This document shows positions 9,065 to 19,389 of a stretch of 37,135 nucleotides of DNA, piece by piece. Numbering within the stretch: the first letter of the stretch is position 1; each line of letters begins with the position of its first letter. The notes below the pieces were generated by a model. That model did no database searches. It was given only the letters and a program-made list of their open reading frames with translations, and was not told where the DNA came from. Source of the stretch: a virus (lineage: Duplodnaviria > Caudoviricetes). The translations under genes were made by a program, and so were the position numbers. The DNA lies in IMG/VR virus record IMGVR_UViG_3300042923_001353, positions 1 to 37,135 of that record. One strand, 5' to 3'.

Positions 9065-9889
9065 CTAAGCTGTTACAGTTAGAGTTACAGTTATTGCATT
9101 GCCCTTGACAAACTCAACAGTAATTGTATAAGTTCCAATATCAAGAGTAGATAGATATGCGCTAAGGATTGTTGCATCAACGCCAATGTATGACATATTT
9201 GCACCGCCAATGGATACTCCATCAAGCTTAACATCCTTGATTGTATTAGTGGCATCAGTACTTGTTGCATCAATAGTAACATTTGCTGGAGCTGCTAGGC
9301 TAAATGTTGCAGTTGATACGGCTACGGAGTTATTTACTGCATTCTTCAGATATACCGCTGTAAAGAAGGTATCATATCCTGTTTTATCTTGTTCTAATTT
9401 AGCTTTTACATTGCTGGTGTCCACTGCAGGTCTTACCGCAATATTCATTGTTTCCGTTTTTGGCTCTTTGGTATTTGTCTTGGTTGACCCATCTATATTC
9501 GGCCTAGAAACTTTTACATTGTAGTTGACATGTCTTATCTTGTTTACATCTCCTGTAAACTCATACATTAAGGCAATTTTATTTGGTTTAGCGTCAGCAT
9601 TTTCAATAAGTGCTCCGTTGGCATCTATTTCATCGCCAAACACATCCACCCTGAAATCATCCGGTATCAATGCCATTTCTAAGGATCCATCATATCCATT
9701 GTTTGTATCCTCGTTGAAATACTCTATATCATCTGCATGGAATAATACTGGATCTCCTACAGGATTTTGAACTAAATTGACAGCACCGGGTATTGGTTTA
9801 GGTGTGCCATAAGTTACAACTCCATTAAGCTCTGTTATAACAGCATAATGAGCATTTTTCAGACCAAATTTAACTTTATTTTTCGGCAT
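9065..9889 (-). CDS. Major tail protein (phi13-like) with a C-terminal Ig-like extension
   Basis: NKVKFGLKNAHYA, IPGAV, NNGYDG.LE motifs; about 90-aa Thr-rich beta C-terminal domain. Confidence 0.92.
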   Translation of the reverse strand: MPKNKVKFGLKNAHYAVITELNGVVTYGTPKPIPGAVNLVQNPVGDPVLFHADDIEYFNEDTNNGYDGSLEMALIPDDFRVDVFGDEIDANGALIENADAKPNKIALMYEFTGDVNKIRHVNYNVKVSRPNIDGSTKTNTKEPKTETMNIAVRPAVDTSNVKAKLEQDKTGYDTFFTAVYLKNAVNNSVAVSTATFSLAAPANVTIDATSTDATNTIKDVKLDGVSIGGANMSYIGVDATILSAYLSTLDIGTYTITVEFVKGNAITVTLTVTA

Positions 9890-10267
9890 CTATTTCACTC
9901 CTTTTATTTCAGCCACCACCGCGGCTGCCATTTCATTTATACTTTTTTCATAAGTTCTTTTTATAAGCCCTTGGTGCGGTGAATTTGAGCTGTATTCTAA
10001 TATGTTTGATAAAGGTATATCACCTTTTTTGCCTGGTACCATTTTTGTATTTCCAACATATCTCTTTAATTTATATTTCTTTTTGCTCTTCCAAGACTTT
10101 GCAAACTGCTTGCTTATTCCTTTAGGACTTGCTGCTTTAAGGTTCTTAATTAAAACCTTTTGAGCTGCATCAAGCCCTTCTTCAGTTGCTTGGTAAACTA
10201 CATCGCCGTAACCTCTCAATATGTCTGCAATGGCACCCTCTAAATCATCAATTTTTATGCCTGCCAT
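9890..10267 (-). CDS. Tail completion protein (HK97 gp10-like)
   Basis: Position; L...SP...FAKSW and NILEY pattern. Confidence 0.7.
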   Translation of the reverse strand: MAGIKIDDLEGAIADILRGYGDVVYQATEEGLDAAQKVLIKNLKAASPKGISKQFAKSWKSKKKYKLKRYVGNTKMVPGKKGDIPLSNILEYSSNSPHQGLIKRTYEKSINEMAAAVVAEIKGVK

Positions 10268-10644
10268 TATACACCCCTCCAGTACTCACATTCAAACACG
10301 GTAACACAATATCCAATATCATCAACATCCCCAGCATCAAATCTTCCCGGAGGTATTTCAAATCCTGCGTCAATTAGAGCATTCTCAATGATATCCTCAA
10401 TTTCTCTGACCTTTTTTCTGGTGGTATAATTGTCAAGTTTACTTGATCTGTAATAATACCTAACGGTTAAGCTGGCATTTTTAGTGAGTACTATATCGTC
10501 TGCAAACTCTTGTGAGCTATCCCCTGCAGATGAATATACTACATATTCGTGTGCTTCTGGTCCTGATTTTCTTTGATCATGAACGTGAATTCCTTTAGGA
10601 TGTAGGACTGTATCAAGGGTATTCTGTAATAAGTCTTTTATCAT
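10267..10644 (-). CDS. Tail terminator/completion protein
   Basis: Position; YVVY, FADD and AGF motifs. Confidence 0.65.
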   Translation of the reverse strand: MIKDLLQNTLDTVLHPKGIHVHDQRKSGPEAHEYVVYSSAGDSSQEFADDIVLTKNASLTVRYYYRSSKLDNYTTRKKVREIEDIIENALIDAGFEIPPGRFDAGDVDDIGYCVTVFECEYWRGV

Positions 10645-11075
10645 AGTCCTTCATACCTCCTAACCCTAAATTCCATAAACTGATTTTCCTCCAGCACGTT
10701 GTCCACGCAGCCCCAGAGTTCATAAACATTGGGATTATTCTTGTTTGGTTCTCCATCTACAATGGCGGTAGAATCAGCATTTTTCACAATTACTACTTGT
10801 ACAGTCTTAAGCTTTTCATAAACTGTGGGATTATAAAATGTTCTTATAGTCGCTGAGTCTTTTACACCTATGGCCTCTGCAGATATTGCCCTGTCTCCAA
10901 AGCTGCCTTTCCATTCACAATAAAAAACGCTTGCTTTTTCTGCAGGCATTTCTTCTGTTTCAGGTTTGGTTATGCTTTCTACCAAAGCCCATGTATTTGT
11001 TTGACCTTGACCAGGCACATATGCGCCGCTTTCTTTGGCATACAACATAATAGGTGTATTCGGGTTAAATTTCAT
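10641..11075 (-). CDS. Head closure/head-tail adaptor
   Basis: Position; DSATIR..YNP and VDNV.EENQFMEFRV motifs. Confidence 0.7.
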   Translation of the reverse strand: MKFNPNTPIMLYAKESGAYVPGQGQTNTWALVESITKPETEEMPAEKASVFYCEWKGSFGDRAISAEAIGVKDSATIRTFYNPTVYEKLKTVQVVIVKNADSTAIVDGEPNKNNPNVYELWGCVDNVLEENQFMEFRVRRYEGL

Positions 11076-11334
11076 CCGATACCACCACCCTTCCTTGTGC
11101 AATGAAAGACAAAAGCACAGGATGATTGATTAGTTGTGCTGGGTCTGTTGACTGAGCCATTTTGCAATAGAGTGTGACTGCCTCTATAGCTAAGGCATCA
11201 GGGGTGGAAATATCCCACCCCGCACCTTTGAAATATAGAGTAGCACCATTAATCATGTCCTGGACTTCTTTGTCTTTTTTGACATCGGAGTAGTATATTC
11301 CGAGTCGTGGTTTTACATCATCAATTAGTGCCAT
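11065..11334 (-). CDS. Head-tail connector (HK97 gp6-like)
   Basis: VKPRLGI...D.EV.DMI...Y...AG...AVTLYCK pattern. Confidence 0.75.
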   Translation of the reverse strand: MALIDDVKPRLGIYYSDVKKDKEVQDMINGATLYFKGAGWDISTPDALAIEAVTLYCKMAQSTDPAQLINHPVLLSFIAQGRVVVSDEI

Positions 11335-11344
11335 ACTCCATCAC

Positions 11345-11755
11345 CTACTCTTCTAACTTTTTCTTTTTATCTTCCTCGGACTTAACCCTCGCTTCTTCTT
11401 TAGCTTTGGCCTTCGCTTCCTCTGCTTCTTTTTCAGCAAGCACTCTTGCCTTAGCCTCAGCCTCTTCAACTGCTTCTTGCACTTGCTTTATTGTTAGCCC
11501 ATCAGGCAGTTCAAGTTGTAATTTTTCTACTCTAGCATAAAGTTCTGCCTTTAGTTTTGCCTCAGCTTCCTTTTGTTTTTCTGCCTTTTCTTTAGCAAGT
11601 TTTTCTTCTTCATCTTCGATAGGTTCAAGGAAAATACCTAGAGAGGTCGAGTTAATTTCCTCGAACCTCTCATTTGATATTGTTATATCCTCACCCTCTA
11701 CATGAATGGCTTTGGTGTATTTATCTTCAAACCGCTTAATTACTTTTGCTTTCAT
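11345..11755 (-). CDS. Phage hypothetical protein, E/K-rich C-terminus
   Basis: KVIKRFEDKYT...G..I...ER N-terminus typical of small post-capsid genes. Confidence 0.7.
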   Translation of the reverse strand: MKAKVIKRFEDKYTKAIHVEGEDITISNERFEEINSTSLGIFLEPIEDEEEKLAKEKAEKQKEAEAKLKAELYARVEKLQLELPDGLTIKQVQEAVEEAEAKARVLAEKEAEEAKAKAKEEARVKSEEDKKKKLEE

Positions 11756-11766
11756 AATTCAGCCTC

Positions 11767-13029
11767 CTATACTGCTGCTATTTTAACTATAGGAATGAAG
11801 CCTTTGTATTTGTTTACTATTCCTCCAGCGATAGTCTTGCCAAAGAAACCAATCTTGCCTTGGTCGATGTATCTCTCGTCTGACCTTTTTATTGTCAAAG
11901 GAGAGAATAATGGCAATTCATAGTTCGTTGGGGAACCATAAACCATAGTCTTTGTTCCTACAACTGTAGCAACATTTGATAGAGCATTACAAGCACTATT
12001 AATGCTGTATGGAACTCTTAATCCTCCGCCAACTTCTTCAATAGTACCGTTTGCTCCATTGTAGGTTATGCTGTAGTAAGGTCTGCCATCTGTTGCTTTG
12101 ACTGCAGCAAATGCAGCTAAATCAAGCTTGCTCAAGAACAAAGTTGCAGGGCTTTCGATATCTTCATCTCCACCATACGCAAACACTATCTTTCTTAAAG
12201 TCTCTCCGTTAATCTCAGATACTTCAACCTTATAAGTGTCAGGTATTAATATTGCTGGAGCATTGTAAATACCTTTTAGCTGATTGGTCCCTCCTAATCC
12301 AGCAATGATTTGATTGCTTGCCTTCTTACGAATTGACTTTCTTACGCTGTTTACAATTCTAGTAAGATAGTCAGCATTCGGAAGCTCCACAACTTCCTCA
12401 TTTACAATTGCACTATTGGTAATCTTTGCTCTGCCAGTGCTTGCAGTTCCAAATGTACCCTCATCGTTTGTATATGTTTCTCCTTCAACAGCATAATCTG
12501 CATCGCCATCAGTAATTTGGAAAGAAACATCATAAGCACTTCCGCCATCAAGCGGGAAAGCATCAACTAAGTCAATTGTCTGTGCTACCTCATTAAAGTT
12601 TTCCGCTACTTCTCTCTTGTATTTATTTTCCAACATAATATTGGCAGTGGTAACTGCACGCTTTTCAAGGTATTCTTGAATATCAGCTGAAATAGCTACT
12701 TCTTTGCCGCTTCTCAAATCTGTGGCAACTGCTTCAATGCGGGTTTCTATTTCATCCGCAGCTTTACGTTGCTCTTGACCTTTGGCACTTGCCACTACTA
12801 CCCCTGGGATTTGTCCGTTAACTGCTGCTGTTCTTTCATTTGGCTTTTCTTCCTCATCAGGAAGAGCAGCAATCATTTCTTCAAGACTTCTAATCTCCAC
12901 ATTAAGCCCATCAAGTTCTGCATTCAAGTTTCTTAGCTCTGCAACATCGCTAGATGCTTGAGCTTGCGTGTTTATAGCTGCCTTTCTCTCATTTTTCTTT
13001 GCTAACAGGTCCATTAATTTCTTTTTCAA
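11767..13029 (-). CDS. Major capsid protein, HK97 fold
   Basis: N-terminal coiled-coil scaffold domain, follows the protease, 420 aa; TTG start with RBS aaggggg. Confidence 0.92.
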   Translation of the reverse strand: MKKKLMDLLAKKNERKAAINTQAQASSDVAELRNLNAELDGLNVEIRSLEEMIAALPDEEEKPNERTAAVNGQIPGVVVASAKGQEQRKAADEIETRIEAVATDLRSGKEVAISADIQEYLEKRAVTTANIMLENKYKREVAENFNEVAQTIDLVDAFPLDGGSAYDVSFQITDGDADYAVEGETYTNDEGTFGTASTGRAKITNSAIVNEEVVELPNADYLTRIVNSVRKSIRKKASNQIIAGLGGTNQLKGIYNAPAILIPDTYKVEVSEINGETLRKIVFAYGGDEDIESPATLFLSKLDLAAFAAVKATDGRPYYSITYNGANGTIEEVGGGLRVPYSINSACNALSNVATVVGTKTMVYGSPTNYELPLFSPLTIKRSDERYIDQGKIGFFGKTIAGGIVNKYKGFIPIVKIAAV

Positions 13030-13030
13030 T

Positions 13031-13633
13031 TTACATTTCCCCCTTAATTTTTGCTTTTAGTTTTAGTAATTCTAACTCGTGTAAGCTTTCCAGCCGCTTC
13101 TCTTCGCTATCCAGCAATTCAAGGCTACGAGCATATATAGATGTACTATCGTAAAACGGCGTGTCCACAACCGATACGTCGTACAGTTTCGCAATGTTGT
13201 TTACATCTCTAGTAGTCTCTTTCTCTCCAAAGGTCCAAGTATCTCCGCCATCAGCAACGGAAAAGGCAAAGGACATTTTGTCTATCAGACCTTCCTGTAT
13301 CCCTTTGTATAAATCTCTATTGCTTTGTGTATCTAATAGATCAGCTTGTATCTTTAACCCCTTAGCATCTTTTATAAGCTGCAATGACTTATTTCTTGTT
13401 CTGGCCATAATCATTACATTATCATTATGGTTATACCTCATAGGTACATCTTTCATGTCAGTGTTGTCTAGCGCACCTTTTTTTATTGTCTCCGTAAATT
13501 TCCTGCTACCATATTGATGAGTAGCCGGTTGATCATAAATAATTGCATAACCTTCCACTAACATTTTATCTTCATCATTTTCAACAGCTCTAATTTCAAT
13601 CAATCGACGTTCATATTCTTTATTCTTGCTCAT
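13031..13633 (-). CDS. HK97-family prohead protease
   Basis: EGYA, YNH, KMSFAF and LYDVSVVDTPFY motifs. Confidence 0.95.
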   Translation of the reverse strand: MSKNKEYERRLIEIRAVENDEDKMLVEGYAIIYDQPATHQYGSRKFTETIKKGALDNTDMKDVPMRYNHNDNVMIMARTRNKSLQLIKDAKGLKIQADLLDTQSNRDLYKGIQEGLIDKMSFAFSVADGGDTWTFGEKETTRDVNNIAKLYDVSVVDTPFYDSTSIYARSLELLDSEEKRLESLHELELLKLKAKIKGEM

Positions 13634-14870
13634 CTTTTCCCTCCTTCACTCCCGCCTTGCCCTTTTGGTAAGCATCTATATCTTTGATATTCACATAGTT
13701 AAGACTCTGCAGCCTCCTATTTCCATCTGGGAATGGTTCAATGCCAAACATTTCATTTATTTGATTAAGTGTCATTATTCCAGTTTCCTTTGCAAGCCCT
13801 GCTAGGTTCATTTTGTCAGCAGTTGCCATATAATTAACCTTAGAGTAATAGCATTTGCCCCTATGGCCTACATCCTGCTCCCTCTGAGTGAATATACAAG
13901 CTGTAAATGCCTGTTCAAATTGCACTATAAAGTCTTCTATTGCAGTTTGATAAAATGCGCTATGTTGATTGCCGGTATAATCACCACTGAGAATTGCAGC
14001 TGAAACTCCATAGCGTTCTTGAATAACTGACTTAAGAAATTTTAATGCTGTATCAGATATTTCCGGAGCATTAATATTAACCGGTGTAAACTCACCCGCT
14101 AAATCTGTGGCAATCATACCACTTTTACTTGTTGTTATATGGCTTTCAAAGTCATCTCTCATTTTGCCCAGTTTCGCTTGATCTGCTAGTGTCTTAGCGC
14201 TATAGACTCCTTTAATTTGCAAGGATGCTTCTATACTCTTCGGTAAGCCTTGGATTGTTTTGTCCAAAGCATCAATGGTACGAATTACATCGTAATCATT
14301 GACCTCACCGCGATCATCACCACCGCCAATGATCGTATTCGCTCCCCTGCGCCACCTTAAATGAATCAAGTCTGCGTAAGGTAATGTGTAGCTGCTCCCA
14401 TCCTCAAAATCAAATCTTATCTCCCACACCTTGCCATCATTTTCACCTATATAAACAAAACTTGGATTCAGTGGATAGAAGGCAATATATTTTTTGAATT
14501 GTCTTCCATCAGGTAATATAATATTCACATACTGTGGGTAAATAAATGCATTACAGTGTTTGCGCCGCAACCATTCTACGTTTGCAAAAAAATCACTTGT
14601 TGTTTGCAGAGGGTTAGGTTTAAATCTGAATAGTCTTGTAATGTCATCGTTTTGAACTTTCAGCACATCACCATTCTGAACTATGCTTTTTAATTCTATC
14701 TTACTAATTTCACTTGCTACCCTATCGATGGCGTTATTGACGAAGTCAGAAAGGTAGATATCTTTTCCGAAACTTGAAAAGAGTGGTGCGCCATCAATCA
14801 GCCAAGACCTATATTTTCGCTCTTGGCTCTGGGGTAGTACATTTTTAAGATAATCTAATATTCTCATCAT
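13620..14870 (-). CDS. Portal protein (HK97 family)
   Basis: KPNPLQT, NAFIYP, GIMTLNQINEMFG motifs; between terminase and protease. Confidence 0.93.
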   Translation of the reverse strand: MMRILDYLKNVLPQSQERKYRSWLIDGAPLFSSFGKDIYLSDFVNNAIDRVASEISKIELKSIVQNGDVLKVQNDDITRLFRFKPNPLQTTSDFFANVEWLRRKHCNAFIYPQYVNIILPDGRQFKKYIAFYPLNPSFVYIGENDGKVWEIRFDFEDGSSYTLPYADLIHLRWRRGANTIIGGGDDRGEVNDYDVIRTIDALDKTIQGLPKSIEASLQIKGVYSAKTLADQAKLGKMRDDFESHITTSKSGMIATDLAGEFTPVNINAPEISDTALKFLKSVIQERYGVSAAILSGDYTGNQHSAFYQTAIEDFIVQFEQAFTACIFTQREQDVGHRGKCYYSKVNYMATADKMNLAGLAKETGIMTLNQINEMFGIEPFPDGNRRLQSLNYVNIKDIDAYQKGKAGVKEGKDEQE

Positions 14871-14877
14871 TCACCTC

Positions 14878-16563
14878 CTATCCAATCAGAGACATAAACT
14901 CTGATCTAAACCATTCTAAAGTTGCATAACAAATAACTGCAGTAGCTGTGCCGTCAATCTTCTTTTTAGGATGCATTTTACAAGGCATTATTCGGCCCAC
15001 GGTATCAAGTTTTATGCCTGTATTGCAAAAGCACCAGAAGTCCATAGGATTATTATTATAAATTACAGTCTTATCTCTTAGATCTGCTTCTAATGTTCTC
15101 ATTGGATTATTTAGAACCTTTGCTTCCTGTGGTATATTGACAGCTACCTTTTCTCCAAACAACTCTATATATTTATTTTGAAAATCCTTAGCAAATCTGT
15201 TATCGTATCCACTTTTAAAAGGCTTTAAATCATATTCAGTAAGCAAATAAAAATGCCAATCGGCTATCAACGAGCTTGTAACTACATTGCCTGGCACAAT
15301 TGTAAGCAATCCCATGCTCTCCCATTCTCTATAGTCTACATCATCCGGAGCGTTTTCTAATTTGCTTTCTGGGATCCAATACCTTGAATATAAATAAGTC
15401 TTTTTATCATTAGGCTTCTTAAGAAGTATTCTTGATGCACACAAATCCGTAGTTTCTGCAAAGTCATTACCGGAAATATAAAAACCTCCGACAAAATCCT
15501 TAAGGTCGAAGGTTTCAGTATTCAGTATGTCACTTTGCTGCATCCAAGCCTGGGCATTGGATTGCTTTATGTTAAAATCCTTTGCTAACATGAATGCTCT
15601 GGTTGCGCTGTTGGTCTTAGCTTCTTCAATTAACCCATCAAGATAATGCCATTTCTTTGCTATTCCAAGATTAGGATTGCTCTTCGGCCAACTGCTGCGG
15701 TCTTGCCATATCTCAATTTCACTATCCTGGGTGTAAAGCCAATACAGTGTTCTTGGCCGATGCAACTCTCCTTTTAGCGCTAATCTGGCTTCTTTAAGCT
15801 CCCCATCTAAATATCCATCTTGAGTGAATCCCTCAGTTGATATTTCATCAATCATTGCTTCATCTTTAGTCGAAGTGGACTGAACTATTGGTGCTACTAG
15901 ACTGTTGTCTTCCATCTCATGCACTTCATCAATAACCGCCTTATCTACGTTCTTGCCTTCTTTGGCACCAGTCTTAACAGAAAGCTTTTTAATTTTAGCC
16001 TTATTTTGCTTGCTAAACTTACCCTTTTTCTTCTTTTGCTTAGGGTTACCCATGAATATGCCCTTAATATTTTTGCGGCTTACCTTTTCAAGCTTTGGGC
16101 TTTCTTCCCTCATGTTGTTTATCTCATCAAAAACAAGCCCTGCCTGCTCATAATCATTAGAGGCACATAAGATATTGGTACCAACATTCCCACAAAAAAA
16201 CTCCGCTAAGCTGTCAGCTGCGCAGAGTGTTGTTTTTCCGTTTTTTCTGCCAATTAATAATAAGGTCCTGTTAAATCTTCTTAGCCACTTCCCCTCAATC
16301 TCCATATAAAAGCTGTACTTTGCTTCAAGAAATGCTTTTTGCCATAACTCCAGTAAAAAAGGAGCCCCGGCAAAAGGTGAAATGCTATGTTTACACTCAT
16401 GCTCGATAAACTTAATCCTCTTATGAGCTTCAGTTACATCAAAACGATATGAAGAACTATCCATGTCATTCATAAGTATTTCAAGTTGTGCCATTAACTC
16501 TTTGCCTATGATGATTTCTTTAGATTTACATTTCTTATAGTACTCAATTAAGTAACTATGCAT
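14878..16563 (-). CDS. terL: Terminase large subunit
   Basis: LELWQK, GRKNGKT Walker A, VIDEVH Walker B, KIDG nuclease motif; start uncertain (16563-16590). Confidence 0.96.
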   Translation of the reverse strand: MHSYLIEYYKKCKSKEIIIGKELMAQLEILMNDMDSSSYRFDVTEAHKRIKFIEHECKHSISPFAGAPFLLELWQKAFLEAKYSFYMEIEGKWLRRFNRTLLLIGRKNGKTTLCAADSLAEFFCGNVGTNILCASNDYEQAGLVFDEINNMREESPKLEKVSRKNIKGIFMGNPKQKKKKGKFSKQNKAKIKKLSVKTGAKEGKNVDKAVIDEVHEMEDNSLVAPIVQSTSTKDEAMIDEISTEGFTQDGYLDGELKEARLALKGELHRPRTLYWLYTQDSEIEIWQDRSSWPKSNPNLGIAKKWHYLDGLIEEAKTNSATRAFMLAKDFNIKQSNAQAWMQQSDILNTETFDLKDFVGGFYISGNDFAETTDLCASRILLKKPNDKKTYLYSRYWIPESKLENAPDDVDYREWESMGLLTIVPGNVVTSSLIADWHFYLLTEYDLKPFKSGYDNRFAKDFQNKYIELFGEKVAVNIPQEAKVLNNPMRTLEADLRDKTVIYNNNPMDFWCFCNTGIKLDTVGRIMPCKMHPKKKIDGTATAVICYATLEWFRSEFMSLIG

Positions 16564-16879
16564 ATTCGTCAAGTCCGTCATCATCATCATCCGTTTCTGT
16601 ATATAAATGCTTTATTAGCTTATCCATTATATTTGTCAGTGAAGCTGAATGTTTAGAAATCTCATTAGATACAGGCAAAGCCTTTTGCATTTGAGGATTC
16701 TTAGGGTGTATTTTGACCAATCCGGTTGCTAAGGCCTGCTCATTCAGCCTACGTAAATATAACCTTTCATAAGCTGCTTGCTCTATCAATGCATCTAAAG
16801 CTCTTAATTTATTTTCGCTTGCACCAATAAATTCTGCTTTAAGCCTCTCAATCTCGGCTAACAAGTCAACATTTGCCAT
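16556..16879 (-). CDS. Terminase small subunit (P27-like)
   Basis: Directly upstream of terL; helical, HP.NP..QK.LP and acidic DDDDGLDEY tail. Confidence 0.7.
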   Translation of the reverse strand: MANVDLLAEIERLKAEFIGASENKLRALDALIEQAAYERLYLRRLNEQALATGLVKIHPKNPQMQKALPVSNEISKHSASLTNIMDKLIKHLYTETDDDDDGLDEYA

Positions 16880-16921
16880 CATCTCACCCTCTTTTAATTT
16901 TTCTCCAAAAATCTGAAACAA

Positions 16922-17001
16922 AAAGTCAAAATTTTACTGTATGTTACAAAGATAACCCCTCCCAGTAAATCGCTATCGCTATATATCACTGACCAGGGGG
17001 G
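16922..17001. other. Candidate cos/packaging region
   Basis: G/C runs (minus strand cccccctggtc...actgggagggg) between the HNH gene and terS, where cos usually lies in HNH-terS-terL phages; inferred from position. Confidence 0.4.
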
Positions 17002-17657
17002 CTATACTTTTCCCACCAATCATTTATATATTCAAGCCATTGCTTCGGCTTATTGCTTTGCTCTAATCTTTTAATACATTCTTCTTTAGTACTCTCACAA
17101 TAAATAAACTCTGCTCCTAAGGACTGTGCCAATCTCTCACGCTCATACTTATCAGGATAACCCCCTATGATATATGCATCATACCATTGACCATACCTTG
17201 TCTTTATCTGGTCGAGTATATCATCCCTAATCTTAAACACATTAAAGCGTACATTCTTTGGCTTGATATACTCAGGTTGAAATGTAACCGCCTGCCATAG
17301 CGCATCCATATCAAGTACTATATCTCCATGCTGCATGAGTTCCCTAACCAAAGTACTCTTTCCACTAAGTGGACTGCCATACACAATATATACATGCTGC
17401 TTATTGCCAAACCTTCTATGCTCTTTGTTGTGACAATTAAAACAGATAATCTCAATGTGTATTGGGTTAAGAGATATGTTAGGATCATCTACATTATCTT
17501 CAGTAAGTTCTATCTTGTGATGCCCTATCAACTGGCTAAAGTCTTCAATTACTTCTCCGCACCTGCTGCATCTGCCCTTGGCTTCTATCTTTAGTCTATA
17601 TGACAAGTCCCTCCAAGGTTTAGAACAATAAAATAAATGTACCTTGTCCATGCTCAT
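16986..17657 (-). CDS. HNH endonuclease fused to a P-loop NTPase/kinase-like domain
   Basis: CSRC...HH...CFNCHNKEH followed by GSPLSGKST. Confidence 0.85.
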   Translation of the reverse strand: MSMDKVHLFYCSKPWRDLSYRLKIEAKGRCSRCGEVIEDFSQLIGHHKIELTEDNVDDPNISLNPIHIEIICFNCHNKEHRRFGNKQHVYIVYGSPLSGKSTLVRELMQHGDIVLDMDALWQAVTFQPEYIKPKNVRFNVFKIRDDILDQIKTRYGQWYDAYIIGGYPDKYERERLAQSLGAEFIYCESTKEECIKRLEQSNKPKQWLEYINDWWEKYSPPGQ

Positions 17658-18409
17658 CACCACATCTTTTCTTTGTTCATTGCTTTTTGATGCTTGAATT
17701 TTTCCTTCTCAAGCTTAAGCTTTTCATTGTCATGCTTAATTCTATGCTTAAGCTCCGGATTCTTTAATTCTGTCTTAAGCTTTTGAACTCTTAACCGTTG
17801 TTCTTCTGTAATTAAATCTCTATTTGTAACAAGCATTTCTTCATAGCGCTTAATCATGCTTGTCAATTGCGCCATTGCCCTTGATTGAGAATTAAGAAAA
17901 GTAGCTTGTCTATCCCAAGCGAACTGGAATTCCCATTCGGTCTCTGATCCGCCGCCATCTTTACTGCTATATTCTTTTTCCTTCTTAAGTTCCTTAATCA
18001 TTTCATCTTTATCTTTAACAAACATTATCTTTTGAGCTCTAATAATAGCAGCCCATTGTGTAATTATCTGAGCCCAAAGTATTTCTAAGGTAGAACCTCC
18101 CGCTTCCTCAACCTCTTTTATAAGGTTTCTAGACTCAGTAGGATAATATTTTGAATACCATCCTTCTTTTCTTGCATTTTGATTTCTCTCAGAAGCACCA
18201 CCATTATTACCAACGGCATTCTGATTCCCCTTTGGTGCTCCTCCTTTTGGGTTATAGTTCTCGTCCCATTTATCTTCACTTTTCCAGAACCTAACGTTTC
18301 TTTCTTTTTCAGATAGCATCTCAGCTATTTTAATTATTGTTATATTGCCATGATGCTCCTTGTATAAAACAAATGCTTTATCTCTGTTTGGATTTCTTTC
18401 CTTAGCCAT
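17657..18409 (-). CDS. Second terminase-small-subunit-like protein (YqaS-type)
   Basis: RNPNRDKA...WKS.DKW HTH, GAPKGNQNA repeats, EFQFAWDRQA motif. Confidence 0.75.
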   Translation of the reverse strand: MAKERNPNRDKAFVLYKEHHGNITIIKIAEMLSEKERNVRFWKSEDKWDENYNPKGGAPKGNQNAVGNNGGASERNQNARKEGWYSKYYPTESRNLIKEVEEAGGSTLEILWAQIITQWAAIIRAQKIMFVKDKDEMIKELKKEKEYSSKDGGGSETEWEFQFAWDRQATFLNSQSRAMAQLTSMIKRYEEMLVTNRDLITEEQRLRVQKLKTELKNPELKHRIKHDNEKLKLEKEKFKHQKAMNKEKMW

Positions 18410-18770
18410 ATCCTCTCCTCCACATGTAACTGTCCATTTTCACTGTCTATAAATTCTAATAAAAATATACAATAAACTTTACTGAAATGAATTTAGTTGA
18501 GTTGTTCTCGGCATTTATCCGCTTTAAAAAGGACAGTTTGAGAATTTCAGTTTTTGATATTCTTTTTATAATTTTCACCACTAAGTGCTTGTAAGCTAAA
18601 TATATCAATGCTTTGAGTTGATTCTTCCACTACTTTTTGAATGTTGCATTTTCATAGGGAATCAAACATTCATTTTTAAAAATCTCTTCTTATATATGCA
18701 CGATAATTTTTATATGTTAATGTTCAATAGTTAAAAAATAAAACATTCGAGCCTAAAAAATAAGATTCAC

Positions 18771-19379
18771 TCAAGCTCTTATGAACTTATTAAGTGAATC
18801 TGTATATTTGTCGTAGGTTTCTCTATCGAGGCCTATATATGCTTTAGTTTCTTCAATGCTGCTATGACCAAGCATCTCTTTAACAACAGTGATATCATAA
18901 TTACTTTCAACATAGATCTGATAAGCAAAGGTTTTTCTCAAAGAATGGGCTGTTATATTTTTTAAACCAAATTGTTCCCCGGCTTCCCTTAATATAGTGC
19001 TCACTCTACTGACCTCTATATGTTTGTTGCAGCCTTTTCTTGATTGAAATATATATTCATAGTCTTTTTTATCTTTAATAAACCGTTTTAATATTATCTC
19101 AAGATTTCCTATTATCTTTACTACTCTAGGTTTAATATTTTCTTTCCGGATATTTTTGCTATGAATCTTTTTCCCTTCTAAAATTTCAAAATAGCCATCA
19201 GATAGAGCCTTTCTTATATCTCTTGACTTCAGGATTACAAGATCACCAGCTCTATATCCAGTTGATATCCCAAGGACAAATAAAACAAAATTTCTCTCAT
19301 CTTTATATTTCAAATAATCCTGGATATCCAGTATCAACTTTTCATCTTTTATCGGATTAGCTGGTCTCTTCTTTACCAT
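18771..19379 (-). CDS. Small tyrosine recombinase (catalytic domain only)
   Basis: TGYRAGD, HSLRKT, LGHSS and Y catalytic motifs. Confidence 0.92.
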   Translation of the reverse strand: MVKKRPANPIKDEKLILDIQDYLKYKDERNFVLFVLGISTGYRAGDLVILKSRDIRKALSDGYFEILEGKKIHSKNIRKENIKPRVVKIIGNLEIILKRFIKDKKDYEYIFQSRKGCNKHIEVSRVSTILREAGEQFGLKNITAHSLRKTFAYQIYVESNYDITVVKEMLGHSSIEETKAYIGLDRETYDKYTDSLNKFIRA

Positions 19380-19389
19380 CTGAATCTAC

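Noticed and set aside
18771-19379. Tyrosine recombinase as the prophage integrase
   Set aside because: It is internal and lacks an arm-binding domain; the att sites have a 3-bp core with inverted arms, the serine-integrase pattern.
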